A DNA stretch of 64,000 bases, taken from Burkholderiales bacterium (lineage in GTDB: Bacteria > Pseudomonadota > Gammaproteobacteria > Burkholderiales > SG8-39). The notes under the pieces are model-generated. The model saw nothing but the letters and a program-made list of their open reading frames with translations, was not told the DNA's origin and did no database searches. Both the position numbers and the translations under genes were made by a program. Within the stretch, counting starts at the first letter, position 1; each line of letters begins with the position of its first letter. The stretch is taken from NCBI GenBank assembly GCA_036381055.1, contig DASVDO010000016.1, positions 633 to 64,632 on the forward strand. Reading direction: 5' to 3'. This document shows positions 1-12,204 of this stretch, piece by piece.

Positions 1-571
1 CGTGCAGCGCGAAGAAACGGTTCAGCGTCGCATCCGACACGACGTAGTCGCCGCGGATCCACAGTGCGAGGTCCGGGCCTATGAAGGGCACTGCGCCGAA
101 CAGGTTGACGATCACCTGCGCGCCCCAGTACGACATCTGGCCCCACGGCAGAAGGTAGCCGAAGAACGCCTCGCCCATCAGCGTCAGGTAGATCAGCATG
201 CCGAAGATCCACACCAGCTCGCGCGGCTCCTTGTGCGAGCCGTAGAGCAGCGCGCGGAACATGTGCAGATAGACGACGATGAAGAACGCCGATGCGCCCG
301 TCGAGTGGACGTAGCGGATGATCCAGCCGCCCGGCACGTCGCGCATGATGTACTCGACCGAGCCGAACGCGAGGTTCGCGTCGGGCTTGTAGTTCATCGT
401 CAGGAAGATGCCCGAGACGATCTGGATGACGAGCACCAGCAGCGCGAGCGAGCCGAAGAAGTACCAGAAGTTGAAGTTCTTCGGCGCGTAGTACTCCGCG
501 GCGTGCTTGCGCCATTCCGACCCGAGGGTCGGCATGCGCGTATCGATCCACTTCCACAGGCCCACGGCCAT
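1..571 (-). CDS. petB: Cytochrome b of the ubiquinol-cytochrome c reductase (bc1) complex; 5' part only, gene continues past the left window edge
   Basis: Not in the ORF track because it is truncated. My reverse-complement translation from the ATG at 571 gives MAVGLWKWIDTRMPTLGSEWRKHAAEYYAPKNFNFWYFFGSLALLVLVIQIVSGIFLTMNYKP..., a typical cytochrome b N-terminus. It starts 2 nt downstream of the petA stop. Confidence 0.9.
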   Translation of the reverse strand, partial: MAVGLWKWIDTRMPTLGSEWRKHAAEYYAPKNFNFWYFFGSLALLVLVIQIVSGIFLTMNYKPDANLAFGSVEYIMRDVPGGWIIRYVHSTGASAFFIVVYLHMFRALLYGSHKEPRELVWIFGMLIYLTLMGEAFFGYLLPWGQMSYWGAQVIVNLFGAVPFIGPDLALWIRGDYVVSDATLNRFFALH

Positions 572-573
572 GC

Positions 574-1185
574 CTACGCTCCCTTCGTTTTTTCGTCTTC
601 GCCGACCACCACCGTGCCGTCGGCGAGCACGGTATAGGGCGGCACCACCAGGTTGAGCGGCGCCGGCGAGCCCTTGAAGACGCGGCCGGCGAAATCGAAC
701 TTCGAGCCGTGGCAGGGGCAGTAGAAGCCGCCCGGCCAGTCGGCGCCCATCTCGGCCTTCGCCGAAGCGGGCTTCTCCTGCGGCGAGCAGCCGAGGTGCG
801 TGCACACGCCGACCAGCACCATCAGCTCGGGCGTGCGCGAGCGGTACTCGTTCTCGGCGTACGGCGGCTGCTCGGACGCCTCGGAATCGGGGTCGGAGAG
901 GCGCGCCTCGTCGGTCTTCAGCGAGGCGATCATCTCCTGCGAGCGGCGCATCACCCACACCGGCTTGCCGCGCCACTCGACCACCTGCAGCTCGCCGGGC
1001 GCGAGCCCGGAGACGTCGACCTTGACCGGCGCGCCGGCGGCGCGCGCCCGCTCCGAAGGCCACATGCTGGCGGCGAAGGGAACTGCCGCGCCGACCGCCG
1101 CGGCGCCGCCGACCACCGAGGTGGCGACCACCAGGGTGCGCCGCGCCTTGTTCGGTTCGCGGTCCGATTTATCGTGCTCGTTCAT
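574..1185 (-). CDS. petA: Ubiquinol-cytochrome c reductase Rieske iron-sulfur subunit
   Basis: ORF 574..1224(-). Rieske motifs CTHLGC and CPCHGS, and a twin-arginine signal (KARRTLVVATS). I prefer the ATG at 1185 (MNEHDKSD...) over the upstream TTG at 1224. Confidence 0.92.
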   Translation of the reverse strand: MNEHDKSDREPNKARRTLVVATSVVGGAAAVGAAVPFAASMWPSERARAAGAPVKVDVSGLAPGELQVVEWRGKPVWVMRRSQEMIASLKTDEARLSDPDSEASEQPPYAENEYRSRTPELMVLVGVCTHLGCSPQEKPASAKAEMGADWPGGFYCPCHGSKFDFAGRVFKGSPAPLNLVVPPYTVLADGTVVVGEDEKTKGA

Positions 1186-1312
1186 GGGGATGGCGTTTTT
1201 TCTGGGAGGCGCAAAAGCGGGCAATTTTAACGGCGCACCCCGGCCTTGTCCACGATTTCCGCTCTAAGCGCTTAGATTTCAAGGAGTTTTTTGTATACTG
1301 CGGCCGACCGGC

Positions 1313-2464
1313 ATGAAGCGCCTCTGGCTCGTCTTCTCGCAGGCCGCGACGATCGCCGTCGCGGTGCTGTTCGTCGTCTCCACTTTCCGACCGGAGTGGC
1401 TGCCCTCGCGTGGCGGCGGCGCGGTGTCCGTGGTGCAGAGCCCCGCGCCGGCGGCGGCGCCGGCGCTGCGCGCCGCCTCCTACAGCGAGGCGGTGCGGCG
1501 CGCCACGCCGTCGGTGGTGAACATCTTCACCTCCAAGGAGCTGCACGTCGAGCGCCATCCGCTGCTCAACGATCCGCTGTTCCGCCGCTTCTTCGGCGAC
1601 CTGCCCGACGAGTCGAGCCGCGCCTCGAGCCTCGGCTCGGGCGTGATCGTCACGCCCAACGGCTACGTGCTCACCAACAACCACGTCGTCGAGACCGCCG
1701 ACGAGATCGAGGTGGCGCTCGCCGACGGCAAGAAGCTGCTCGCCAAGGTGGTCGGCAACGATCCCGAGACCGATCTCGCGGTGCTGCGCATCGAGGGCGA
1801 GAACCTGCCGGCGATCACCTTCGGCTCGTCGGAGTCGCTGCGCGTCGGCGACGTGGTGCTGGCGATCGGCAACCCGTTCGGCGTCGGCCAGACGGTGACG
1901 AGCGGCATCGTCTCGGCGCTCGGCCGCACCGGCCTGGGCATCAACACCTTCGAGAACTTCATCCAGACCGACGCGGCGATCAACCCCGGCAACTCGGGCG
2001 GCGCGCTGATCGACGCCTCGGGCAACCTGGTCGGCATCAACACGGCCATCTTCTCGCGCTCCGGCGGCTCGATCGGCATCGGCTTCGCCATCCCGGTGTC
2101 CACGGCGAAGATGGTGCTCGAGCAGATCGTCAAGAACGGCAGCGTCACGCGCGGCTGGATCGGCGTCGAGGTGCAGGAGATCACGCCGCCGATCGCCGAG
2201 TCGTTCAACCTGCCCGGCACGCGCGGCGCGCTGATCGCCGGCGTGCTGCGCGGCGGCCCGGCCGACAAGGCGGGCGTGCGGCCGGGCGACATCCTGGTCG
2301 AGGTGCAGGGCAAGCCGGTCGCCGACCCGACGGCGATGCTCGACCTGATCGCCGCGCTCTCGCCCGGCCAGAGCGCGCGGGTGCGGCTCAAGCGCCAGGG
2401 CCGCGACGTCGAGGCGAACATCACGGTCGGCCGCCGCCCCAAGCCGCCGGCGAGAGACGAATAG
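1313..2464 (+). CDS. HtrA/DegS-type periplasmic serine endoprotease (trypsin-like domain plus one PDZ domain)
   Basis: N-terminal membrane anchor, catalytic motifs TNNHVV, DLAVL and GNSGGAL, and a C-terminal PDZ-like region (GALIAGVLRGGPADKAGVRPGDIL). Confidence 0.9.
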   Translation: MKRLWLVFSQAATIAVAVLFVVSTFRPEWLPSRGGGAVSVVQSPAPAAAPALRAASYSEAVRRATPSVVNIFTSKELHVERHPLLNDPLFRRFFGDLPDESSRASSLGSGVIVTPNGYVLTNNHVVETADEIEVALADGKKLLAKVVGNDPETDLAVLRIEGENLPAITFGSSESLRVGDVVLAIGNPFGVGQTVTSGIVSALGRTGLGINTFENFIQTDAAINPGNSGGALIDASGNLVGINTAIFSRSGGSIGIGFAIPVSTAKMVLEQIVKNGSVTRGWIGVEVQEITPPIAESFNLPGTRGALIAGVLRGGPADKAGVRPGDILVEVQGKPVADPTAMLDLIAALSPGQSARVRLKRQGRDVEANITVGRRPKPPARDE

Positions 2465-2486
2465 CTTCCCGGACGGCCGCCGCCCC

Positions 2487-3251
2487 TCAGGGCGTGTTCG
2501 GCTCGGCGCTTTGCGCCTCGCCCTGCGCCGGGCGCGGCCGGATGAAGCGCGCGAGGAGCAGCCCCGCCTCGTAGAGCAGGCACATCGGCAGCGCGAGCAT
2601 GAACTGCGACAGCACGTCGGGCGGCGTCACCACCGCGGCGACCACGAAGGCGCCGACGATCACGTAGGGGCGCGCGCTGCGCAGCTTCTCGACGCTCACC
2701 ACGCCCATGCGCACCAGCACCACCACCACGATCGGGATCTCGAAGGTCACGCCGAAGGCGAGGAACATGGTGATGACGAAGCTGAAGTAGGCCTCGATGT
2801 CGGGCGCCGGGGTGATCGACTTGGGCGCGAAGTCGTGGATGAAGGCGAACACCTTGCCGAACACGAAGAAGTAGCAGAAGGCGACGCCGAGCAGGAACAG
2901 CAGCGTGCTCGCCACCACCAGCGGCAGGGCGAGCCGCTTCTCGTGCTCGTAGAGTCCCGGCGCGACGAACGCCCAGGCCTGGTAGAGCACGTAGGGCAGC
3001 GCCACCATGAACGCGGCGAGCGCGGTCACCTTGACCGGCACCATGAACGGCGTGATCACGCCGGTGGCGATCATGCGCGAGCCCTCGGGCAGGGCGCTCA
3101 TCAGCGGCGCGGCGAGGATATCGTAGATCGCGCCGGCGCCGGGCCACAGGAACAGCGCGACGAACAGCACCAGCACCGAGGCGACCGCGCGCACCAGCCG
3201 CTGGCGCAGCTCGACCAGGTGCGAGATGAAGCTTTCCTGCTCGTCGCTCAT
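2487..3251 (-). CDS. tatC: Twin-arginine translocase subunit TatC
   Basis: N-terminus [23 protein letters not shown] and six hydrophobic segments. ATGA-type overlap with tatB. Confidence 0.95.
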   Translation of the reverse strand: MSDEQESFISHLVELRQRLVRAVASVLVLFVALFLWPGAGAIYDILAAPLMSALPEGSRMIATGVITPFMVPVKVTALAAFMVALPYVLYQAWAFVAPGLYEHEKRLALPLVVASTLLFLLGVAFCYFFVFGKVFAFIHDFAPKSITPAPDIEAYFSFVITMFLAFGVTFEIPIVVVVLVRMGVVSVEKLRSARPYVIVGAFVVAAVVTPPDVLSQFMLALPMCLLYEAGLLLARFIRPRPAQGEAQSAEPNTP

Positions 3252-3586
3252 CCGGCCTTGCGCTCCGGCGCCGGCTCGGGCTCGGGCTCGGGCTTCGCCG
3301 GCTCGCCTTCCAGCGAGCGGTTCAGCTCGTCGGCGGTCTTGCCCACTTCGGCATTCACCGCGCTCTCCATCTCGCTCGCCGCCTGCTGCATCGAGTCGCG
3401 CATCTTGCGCAGCTCGTCGAGCTCGATCTCGCGGTTGATGTCCGCCTTGACGTCGGAGACGTAGCGCTGCAGGCGCCCGGCCAGGTGGCCGACCGTGCGC
3501 GCCACGCGCGGCAGCTTCTCGGGCCCGATGACGATGAGCGCCACCACGCCGATCACCAGCAGCTCGGAGAATCCGATGTCGAACAT
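3248..3586 (-). CDS. tatB: Twin-arginine translocase subunit TatB
   Basis: [33 protein letters not shown], the canonical TatB N-terminus. Confidence 0.93.
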   Translation of the reverse strand: MFDIGFSELLVIGVVALIVIGPEKLPRVARTVGHLAGRLQRYVSDVKADINREIELDELRKMRDSMQQAASEMESAVNAEVGKTADELNRSLEGEPAKPEPEPEPAPERKAG

Positions 3587-3596
3587 GCGCTAGAGA

Positions 3597-3622
3597 CTAA
3601 AAAGGCGCCCTGCAGGCGCCTT
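3597..3622 (-). terminator. Hairpin plus T-run between tatA and tatB (candidate intra-operon attenuator/partial terminator)
   Basis: The minus strand reads AAGGCGCC-TGCAG-GGCGCCTTTTT. It lies 22 nt after the tatA stop and about 10 nt before the tatB start. Confidence 0.5.
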
Positions 3623-3643
3623 GCCGGGAGCCGCGCCTGCGGC

Positions 3644-3868
3644 TCAGGCTTTGTGCTCGCTCTTGGCGCGCACTTCACCCTCCACGGTCTTGCCGGTGAC
3701 CTGCGGCGCGTCGCCGCCGCCGCTGCTGCTGCCTTCGCGCATGCCTTCCTTGAAGCCGCGCACCGCGCCGCCGAGGTCGGCGCCGATGTTGCGCAGCTTC
3801 TTCGTGCCGAAGATCAGCATCACTATCACCAGAACGATCAGCCAATGCCAGATGCTGAGCGAGCCCAT
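3644..3868 (-). CDS. tatA: Twin-arginine translocase subunit TatA
   Basis: [43 protein letters not shown], the canonical TatA/E N-terminus. Confidence 0.95.
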   Translation of the reverse strand: MGSLSIWHWLIVLVIVMLIFGTKKLRNIGADLGGAVRGFKEGMREGSSSGGGDAPQVTGKTVEGEVRAKSEHKA

Positions 3869-3882
3869 AAGCCTTCTCCTGA

Positions 3883-4248
3883 CTAACTCCGATTGCGCCT
3901 CGACAGCATGGGGCCCAGAGGCTCGGGGCCACCGAGGACGTGCATGTGGACATGATACACCTCCTGGTGCCCCACCCGGCCGTTGTTGATGATGGTGCGG
4001 AAGCCCTCGGTCGCGCCCGCCTCGCGCGCGAGGCGCCCGGCGACGCCGAGCATCCTGCCGAGCGCCGCCTGATGCTCGGGCTGCGCGTCGTAGAGCGTCG
4101 CGACGTGCGCCTTGGGGATGATCAGCAGGTGCACCGGGGCCTGCGGCCGGATGTCGTGGAAAGCCATCACTTCGGCGTCCTCGTAGATTTTCTTCGCCGG
4201 CACCTCGCCGTGCGCGATCTTGCAGAAGATGCAGTTCGGGTCCCTCAT
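3883..4248 (-). CDS. hinT: Histidine triad (HIT) nucleotide-binding protein
   Basis: The tail of ORF 3883..4368(-) starts at [11 protein letters not shown] and carries the HIT motif HVHMHVLGG. The ATG at 4248 overlaps the hisE stop. Confidence 0.88.
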   Translation of the reverse strand: MRDPNCIFCKIAHGEVPAKKIYEDAEVMAFHDIRPQAPVHLLIIPKAHVATLYDAQPEHQAALGRMLGVAGRLAREAGATEGFRTIINNGRVGHQEVYHVHMHVLGGPEPLGPMLSRRNRS

Positions 4249-4577
4249 CGCTCCTTCCTCGCCGCCTTCTCGTCCAGCCCGGAGATGCCCTCGCGCCGGT
4301 GCAGCTCGGCGAGCACGTCGCCGGGCCCGAGCCCGTGCCGCGCCAGCACGATCAGCGAGTGGAACCACAGGTCGGCGATCTCGCGCACCAGATGCAGCCG
4401 CTCGCCCGCCTTCGCCGCGAGCACCGTCTCGGTCGCCTCCTCGCCGATCTTCTTCAGCAGCGCGTCCTCGGGCCCGCCGAGGAGCTGCGCCACGTAGGAG
4501 CTCTTCGCATCGCCGCCCTTGCGGCTCTCGATGGTGGCGGCGATGCGCTCCAGGGTCTCGTACAGTCCCGGCTTCAT
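4245..4577 (-). CDS. hisE: Phosphoribosyl-ATP pyrophosphatase
   Basis: Last 110 aa of ORF 4245..4934(-): [33 protein letters not shown]...[11 protein letters not shown]...[14 protein letters not shown]. The ATG at 4577 overlaps the hisI stop. Confidence 0.92.
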   Translation of the reverse strand: MKPGLYETLERIAATIESRKGGDAKSSYVAQLLGGPEDALLKKIGEEATETVLAAKAGERLHLVREIADLWFHSLIVLARHGLGPGDVLAELHRREGISGLDEKAARKER

Positions 4578-4956
4578 TTGCCGTAGATGAGCGATGGATC
4601 CTTGAGCACCGGGTCCACCGTCACCCACCTCCCGTTCTCGAGTTTGCGGAAAAAGCAGCTCGCGCGCCCGGTGTGGCAGGCCATGCCGCCCGCCTGCTCG
4701 ACCTGCAGCAGCACCGCGTCGGCGTCGCAGTCGAGGCGCACCTCGCGCACGCGCTGCACGTGCCCCGACTGCTCGCCCTTGCGCCACAGCCGGCCGCGCG
4801 AGCGCGACCAGTACACCGCCTCGCCGCGCGCCACCGTCTCGCGCAGCGCGTCGCGGTTCATCCACGCCACGGTGAGCACGCGGCCGCTCGCCGCGTCCTG
4901 CGCCACCGCGGCGATCAGCCCCGCGGTGTTCCACGGCACCTCGTCGAGCCAGTCGC

Positions 4957-4960
<4 letters not shown>
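4574..4960 (-). CDS. hisI: Phosphoribosyl-AMP cyclohydrolase
   Basis: C-terminal 128 aa of ORF 4574..5572(-): [42 protein letters not shown]...[13 protein letters not shown] start in a GTGA overlap with the hisF stop. Confidence 0.9.
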
Positions 4961-5701
<741 letters not shown>

Positions 5702-5715
<14 letters not shown>

Positions 5716-6466
5716 TCGCGGCCTTGCCGAGCGTCTTGTCGGCCGCGGCCTGCGCCGCCTTGAGGTCGAGCTTGCCCTCGTAGAGCGCGCGCCCGGCGAT
5801 CGCGCCGATCACGCCCTCGGGCACGAGCTGGCGGCAGATCGCCTCCACGTCGGCGATGCCGTTCAAGCCGCCCGAGGCGATGATCGGCGCCTTGGTCGCC
5901 TTGGCGAGGCGCAGCGTCGCCTCGATGTTGATGCCGCTCATCATGCCGTCGCGGCCGATGTCGGTGTAGATCAGCGCCTCGATGCCGTAGTCCTCGAACT
6001 TCTTCGCGAGGTCGACCACGTCGTGCCCGGTCATCTTCGACCAGCCCTCGACCGCGACCTTGCCGTCCTTGGCGTCCAGCCCGGCGATCACGTGCCCGGG
6101 GAAGGCATAGCAGGCGTCGGACAGGAAGCCCGGGTTCTTCACCGCCGCGGTGCCCACCACGATGTAGGTGACGCCCGCGTCGAGATAGCTCTCGATCGTG
6201 TCCAGGTCGCGGATGCCGCCGCCGACCTGCAGCGCCATCGAGTCGCCGACCGCGGCGCTGATGTCGCGGATCACCTTCTCGTTCTTCGGCCGGCCGGCCA
6301 CCGCGCCGTTCAGGTCGACGATGTGCAGGCGCTTCGCGCCCTGCGCCGCCCAGTGCCGGGCCATGGCCACCGGGTTGTCGGAGAACACGGTGGCCGAGTC
6401 CATCTTGCCCTGCTGCAGGCGCACGCAGCGGCCGTCTTTCAGGTCAATCGCGGGGATGATCAGCAC
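5702..6466 (-). CDS. hisA: 1-(5-phosphoribosyl)-5-[(5-phosphoribosylamino)methylideneamino]imidazole-4-carboxamide isomerase
   Basis: [32 protein letters not shown]... is the HisA signature. Confidence 0.95.
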
Positions 6467-6499
6467 GGCGTTGGAGCAGCCGTCACGCTCGGCGCGGAA

Positions 6500-7108
6500 T
6501 CAGGGACGCCAGCGGACGAAGTTGGACAGTAGTTGCAAGCCGGCGGCCTGGCTCTTTTCCGGATGAAACTGGACCGCGAAGATGTTATCCCGGGCTATGG
6601 CGCAGGTAAAGGGCGCGCCGTAGACGCAGCTCGCCGCGGCGACCGGCTCGGCGGGCGCCGGGTAATAGCTGTGCACGAAATAGAACCGGCTGCGGTCCGG
6701 AATGCCGGCCCACAGCGCGTGCGGCTTTTCCTGGATCACCTCGTTCCAGCCCATGTGCGGGATCTTCAGGCCCTGCACGGCGAAGCGCGGCACGCCGCCG
6801 CGCAGCACCCCGAGGCCCGGGACGTCGCCCTCGTCGCCGTGCTCGAACAGCATCTGCAGGCCGAGGCAGATGCCGAGGTAGGGCTTGCCGGCGAGCGCCT
6901 CCAGCACCGCCTCGCGCGCGCCGCGCGCGCCGAGGTTGCGCATGCAGTCGGGCAGCGCGCCCTGGCCGGGCACCACCACGCGCTCGGCGGCGCGGATCGC
7001 CTCGGCCTCGCCGGTGACCCGCACCTCGGCGCCGGGCGCGACGTGCTCGAGCGCCTTGGCGACCGAGCGCAGGTTGCCCATGCCGTAGTCGACGACCGCG
7101 ATCTTCAA
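6500..7108 (-). CDS. hisH: Imidazole glycerol phosphate synthase, glutamine amidotransferase subunit
   Basis: [23 protein letters not shown]... plus GICLGLQML and FVHSYY motifs. Confidence 0.95.
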   Translation of the reverse strand: MKIAVVDYGMGNLRSVAKALEHVAPGAEVRVTGEAEAIRAAERVVVPGQGALPDCMRNLGARGAREAVLEALAGKPYLGICLGLQMLFEHGDEGDVPGLGVLRGGVPRFAVQGLKIPHMGWNEVIQEKPHALWAGIPDRSRFYFVHSYYPAPAEPVAAASCVYGAPFTCAIARDNIFAVQFHPEKSQAAGLQLLSNFVRWRP

Positions 7109-7109
7109 C

Positions 7110-7697
7110 CTACAGCGAGCCCTTGGTCGACGGGATGACGCCCTCGGCGCGCGGGTCGGCCTCCACCGCGAGACGCAGCGCGCGCGCGAACGCCTTGAAC
7201 ACCGTCTCGCACTGGTGGTGCGCGTTGTCGCCGCGCAGGTTGTCGATGTGCAGCGTCACGCCGGCGTGGTTGACGAAGCCCTGGAAGAACTCGTGCACCA
7301 GGTCGACGTCGAACTCGCCGATCAGCGCGCGCGTGAAGCGCACGTGGTAGGTGAGCCCCGGCCGCCCCGACAGGTCGATCACCACGCGCGACAGCGCCTC
7401 GTCGAGCGGCACGTAGGCGTGGCCGAAGCGGCGCACGCCGCCCTTGTCGCCGAGCGCCCGGGCGAACGCCTGGCCGAGCGTGATGCCGATGTCCTCCACC
7501 GTGTGGTGCGCGTCGATGTGCAGGTCGCCCTTGGCGTCGATCTCTAGGTCGAGCATGCCGTGGCGCGCCACCTGCTCGAGCATGTGCTCGAGGAAGGGCA
7601 GCCCGGTGGCGAGGCGCGCCGCGCCGCGCCCGTCGAGCTCCAGCGCGACGCGGATCTGCGTCTCCCGGGTGTTGCGCACCACTTCGGCCTTACGCAT
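7110..7697 (-). CDS. hisB: Imidazoleglycerol-phosphate dehydratase
   Basis: [16 protein letters not shown]...[37 protein letters not shown]. Confidence 0.95.
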   Translation of the reverse strand: MRKAEVVRNTRETQIRVALELDGRGAARLATGLPFLEHMLEQVARHGMLDLEIDAKGDLHIDAHHTVEDIGITLGQAFARALGDKGGVRRFGHAYVPLDEALSRVVIDLSGRPGLTYHVRFTRALIGEFDVDLVHEFFQGFVNHAGVTLHIDNLRGDNAHHQCETVFKAFARALRLAVEADPRAEGVIPSTKGSL

Positions 7698-8751
7698 CGG
7701 CGAGCGCTTCCTTCATGGCGGAGGTCAGTATACGGTTTTCGTCCGGCGTGCCGACCGTGACGCGCAGGCAGCCGGCGAGCGCCGGGTGCAGGCACTTCAC
7801 CAGCACGCCCTGGCGGCGCAGCCCCTCGAAGGCGCGCGGCGCGTCGGGCACGCGCAGCAGCAGGAAATTGGCGCGCGACGGGAACACGCGCACGCCCGGC
7901 AGCGCGCCGAGCGCCTGCGCCAGCCGCTCGCGGTCGGCGCGGATGCGCGCCGCCTGCGCCTCCAGCACCTCGAGGTGCTCGAGCACGAAGCGGGCGGCGG
8001 CCTCGGTGAGCACGTTCACGTTGTAGACCTGGCGCACCTTGTTCAGCTGCTCCAGCCAGGCCGGCGCGCCGGCGAGGTAGCCCAGGCGCAGGCCGGCGAG
8101 GCCCACCTTGGAGAGCGTGCGCAGCACGAGCAGGTTCGGGAACTCGGCGAGGCGCGGCAGGAAGCTCTCGCCGGCGAAGGCGTGGTACGCCTCGTCGATC
8201 ACCACCAGCCCCGGCGCGGCGCGCACGATCGCCGCCACGTCCTCCTGCGGATAGAGCACGCCGGTGGGGTTGTTCGGGCAGGCGAGGAACACCAGCGCCG
8301 GCCGCACCTCGCGCAGGCGCGCGACGAAGGCGTCGCGGTCGAGCGTGAAATCGTCGCGCAGCGGCACCGGCACGGCGCGCATGCCGGTGAGCGCGGCGTT
8401 CACCCCGTACATGACGAAGGTCGGCGACGGGTACATCATCGCCGCGCCGGGACGCGCGAGCGCCAGCGCGAGCACCTGGATCAGGTCGTCCGAGCCGTTG
8501 CCGAGCAGCAGCGCCATGCCCGCCGGCACGCCCATGGTGCGCGCGATCAGCTCGCGCAGCGCGCGCGGATTGGGCTCCGGGTAGCGGTTCAGCTCGACCT
8601 CGGCCAGGCGCTCGGCGAGCGCGCGGCGCAGCTCGGGGGGCAGCGCGTACGGGTTCTCCATCGCGTCGAGCTTCACCATGCCGCGCGCCTCGGGCACGTG
8701 GTAGGCCGACAGGGCGAGCACTTCCGGCCGCACCAGGTTCTCCGGCGTCAT
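7690..8751 (-). CDS. hisC: Histidinol-phosphate aminotransferase
   Basis: Last 353 aa of ORF 7690..9027(-), from [35 protein letters not shown], with the PLP-lysine context [15 protein letters not shown]. The ATG at 8751 is in an ATGA overlap with hisD. Confidence 0.93.
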   Translation of the reverse strand: MTPENLVRPEVLALSAYHVPEARGMVKLDAMENPYALPPELRRALAERLAEVELNRYPEPNPRALRELIARTMGVPAGMALLLGNGSDDLIQVLALALARPGAAMMYPSPTFVMYGVNAALTGMRAVPVPLRDDFTLDRDAFVARLREVRPALVFLACPNNPTGVLYPQEDVAAIVRAAPGLVVIDEAYHAFAGESFLPRLAEFPNLLVLRTLSKVGLAGLRLGYLAGAPAWLEQLNKVRQVYNVNVLTEAAARFVLEHLEVLEAQAARIRADRERLAQALGALPGVRVFPSRANFLLLRVPDAPRAFEGLRRQGVLVKCLHPALAGCLRVTVGTPDENRILTSAMKEALADA

Positions 8752-10034
8752 GGCTCGAACCTCGACCGGGCGGCGCGGGCGTGCGCGTGCAGCCCTTCCT
8801 CCTCGGCGAGCGTCGCGGCGACGCGGCCCAGCCGCTCGGCGCCGGCACGCGACACCTCGATGACGCTGGTGCGCTTCTGGAAGTCGTAGACGCCGAGCGG
8901 CGAGGAGAAGCGCGCCGTGCCGGCGGTCGGCAGCACGTGGTTCGGCCCGGCGCAGTAGTCGCCGATCGCCTCCGAGCTCCAGCGGCCGAGGAAGATCGCC
9001 CCGGCGTTGTGCAGGCGCGGCAGCCACTCGTGCGGCTCGCGCACCGCGAGCTCGAGGTGCTCGGGCGCGATGCGGTCGGCGAGCGCGCAGGCCTCGGCGA
9101 GGTCGCGCGTCTCGATCAGCGCGCCGCGCGCCGCGAGCGAGCGCTCGATGATCGCGCGCCGCGGCATGTCGCCGAGGCGCGCGCGGATCTCCGCCTCGAT
9201 GGCGTCGAGGTGCGCGGCCTCCGGCGAGAGCACGATCGCCTGCGCCGCCTCGTCGTGCTCGGCCTGCGAGAAGAGATCCATCGCCACCCAGGCGGCCGGC
9301 GTGCCCGAGTCGCAGATCACCAGGATCTCGGACGGGCCGGCGACCATGTCGATGCCCACCTCGCCGAACACCTGGCGCTTCGCCTCGGCGACGTAGGCGT
9401 TGCCCGGGCCGACGATCTTGTCGACGCGCGCGAGCGACTCGGTGCCGTAGGCGAGCGCCGCGATCGCCTGCGCGCCGCCGATCGACACGATGCGGTCGAC
9501 GCCGGCGAGCGCCGCCGCGGCGAGCACCATCGGCGAAGGGTTGGGCGAGACCATGATCAGCTCGCGCACCCCGGCCACCTTGGCCGGCACGGCGTTCATC
9601 AGCACCGTCGACGGATAGGCCGCCTTGCCGCCGGGCACGTACAGGCCGACGCGCGCGAGCGGCGTGACGCGCTGGCCGAGGCGCGTGGCGTCGCTCTCGG
9701 CGTAGTCCCAGGACTTCTGCACCTGGCGCTCGTGGAAGGCGCGGATGCGCTCGTGCGCGTGGCGCAGCGAGCGCGCGCGCTCGCCGTCGAGCGCCGCCAG
9801 CGCCTGCTCGGCGCGGCTGCGCGGCACCTCCAGCTCGGCCACCGAGCGCGCCTCGGCCTTGTCGAAGCGGTGCGCGTGGTCGAGCAGCGCGGCGTCGCCG
9901 CCGCGGCGCACCGCGGCGAGGATCCCGGCGACGCTCGCCTGCACGGCGGGATCCTGCACGGCGTCGTAGCGGGTGAGCGCGGCGAGCTCGGCGTCGAAGC
10001 CGGGCTGGCGCGTGGCGAGGCGGCGCAGCTTCAT
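8748..10034 (-). CDS. hisD: Histidinol dehydrogenase
   Basis: 428 aa, with [15 protein letters not shown]...[17 protein letters not shown]...[10 protein letters not shown], typical of HisD. Confidence 0.95.
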   Translation of the reverse strand: MKLRRLATRQPGFDAELAALTRYDAVQDPAVQASVAGILAAVRRGGDAALLDHAHRFDKAEARSVAELEVPRSRAEQALAALDGERARSLRHAHERIRAFHERQVQKSWDYAESDATRLGQRVTPLARVGLYVPGGKAAYPSTVLMNAVPAKVAGVRELIMVSPNPSPMVLAAAALAGVDRIVSIGGAQAIAALAYGTESLARVDKIVGPGNAYVAEAKRQVFGEVGIDMVAGPSEILVICDSGTPAAWVAMDLFSQAEHDEAAQAIVLSPEAAHLDAIEAEIRARLGDMPRRAIIERSLAARGALIETRDLAEACALADRIAPEHLELAVREPHEWLPRLHNAGAIFLGRWSSEAIGDYCAGPNHVLPTAGTARFSSPLGVYDFQKRTSVIEVSRAGAERLGRVAATLAEEEGLHAHARAARSRFEP

Positions 10035-10675
10035 CGCCGCGCCGCTCCGGCGAAGGCGTCGATCAGCGGCTGCAGCCGCGCGCGCTTGGTCTTGAGCGCC
10101 GCCTGGTTGACGATCAGGCGCGCCGACACCGGCATCACCTCCTCGACCGGCACCAGGCCGTTGTCGCGCAGCGTGCGGCCGCTCGACACCAGGTCGACGA
10201 TCGCGTCGGCGAGCCCGGTGAGCGGCGCGAGCTCCATCGAGCCGTACAGCCGGATGAGGTCCACGTGCACGCCCTTCGACGCGAAGTGCTCGCGTGCCGT
10301 GTTCACGTACTTGGTCGCCACGCGCAGGCGCGCGCCCTGGCGCACCGCCGCCGGGTAGTCGAAGCCCTTGCGCACCGCGACCATCATGCGGCAGGCGGCG
10401 ATGCCGAGATCGACCGGCTGGTAGAGGCCCGCGCCGCCGTGCTCGGCCAGCACGTCGCCGCCGGCGATGCCGAGGTCGGCGCCGCCGAACTGCACGTAGG
10501 TGGGGGTGTCGGAGGCGCGCACCACGATCAGGCGCACGTCGCGCCGTTGCGTGCCGATCACCAGCCGGCGCGAGCGCTCCGGGTCTTCGCTAGGCCGGAT
10601 GCCGGCGCGCGCGAGCAGCGGTGCGGTCTCCTCGAAGATCCGCCCCTTCGATAACGCGATGCTTATGCTCGCCAT
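10031..10675 (-). CDS. hisG: ATP phosphoribosyltransferase (short form)
   Basis: Last 214 aa of ORF 10031..11884(-): [26 protein letters not shown]...[54 protein letters not shown] confirmed at 10675. Confidence 0.93.
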   Translation of the reverse strand: MASISIALSKGRIFEETAPLLARAGIRPSEDPERSRRLVIGTQRRDVRLIVVRASDTPTYVQFGGADLGIAGGDVLAEHGGAGLYQPVDLGIAACRMMVAVRKGFDYPAAVRQGARLRVATKYVNTAREHFASKGVHVDLIRLYGSMELAPLTGLADAIVDLVSSGRTLRDNGLVPVEEVMPVSARLIVNQAALKTKRARLQPLIDAFAGAARR

Positions 10676-10719
10676 CGGCCATGGTCTCGGTTGCCGCCGC
10701 TTTTGCCGGGGCGGTAATT

Positions 10720-11962
<1,243 letters not shown>

Positions 11963-11970
<8 letters not shown>

Positions 11971-12202
11971 CCGAGCGCCACTCCTGCGGCGTGAGGGTGC
12001 GCATCGACAGCGCGTGGATCTCCTCGCGCATGCGGCTGCCGAGCGCCGCGTAGACGAGCTGGTGGCGCTGCACGCGGCTCTTGCCGGCGAACTCGGCGGA
12101 GACGATCAGCGCCTGGAAGTGCTGCCCGTCGCCGACCACCTCGACGTGCTCGCAGGGAAGCGCGGCGGCGATGCCCTCGCGGATGCTCTGCGGATCGACC
12201 AT
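11963..12202 (-). CDS. ibaG: BolA-family protein (IbaG/YrbA type)
   Basis: 79 aa with [27 protein letters not shown]. It sits between the mla genes and murA, as ibaG does in E. coli. Confidence 0.8.
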
Positions 12203-12204
12203 GC

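Noticed and set aside
1281-1293. AAGGAG (1281-1286) followed by TTG 1291, which opens the 427-aa ORF 1291..2574. This could be an alternative gene start with a better RBS than the protease gene.
   Set aside because: That frame translates to Arg-rich nonsense. The 1313 frame contains the full His/Asp/Ser protease triad and a PDZ domain. The AAGGAG is probably fortuitous or part of the promoter region.
1663-3147. 494-aa minus-strand ORF, plus many similar long ORFs in the track (for example 1291..2574+, 7444..8889+, 8781..10358+, 10621..11994+, 24253..26139-, 29653..31821-, 61446..63878-).
   Set aside because: They run antisense to, or out of frame with, genes that have unmistakable conserved motifs. 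Their translations are Arg/Ala/Gly/Pro-rich with no recognisable domains. This is the expected stop-codon-poor artefact of very GC-rich DNA.
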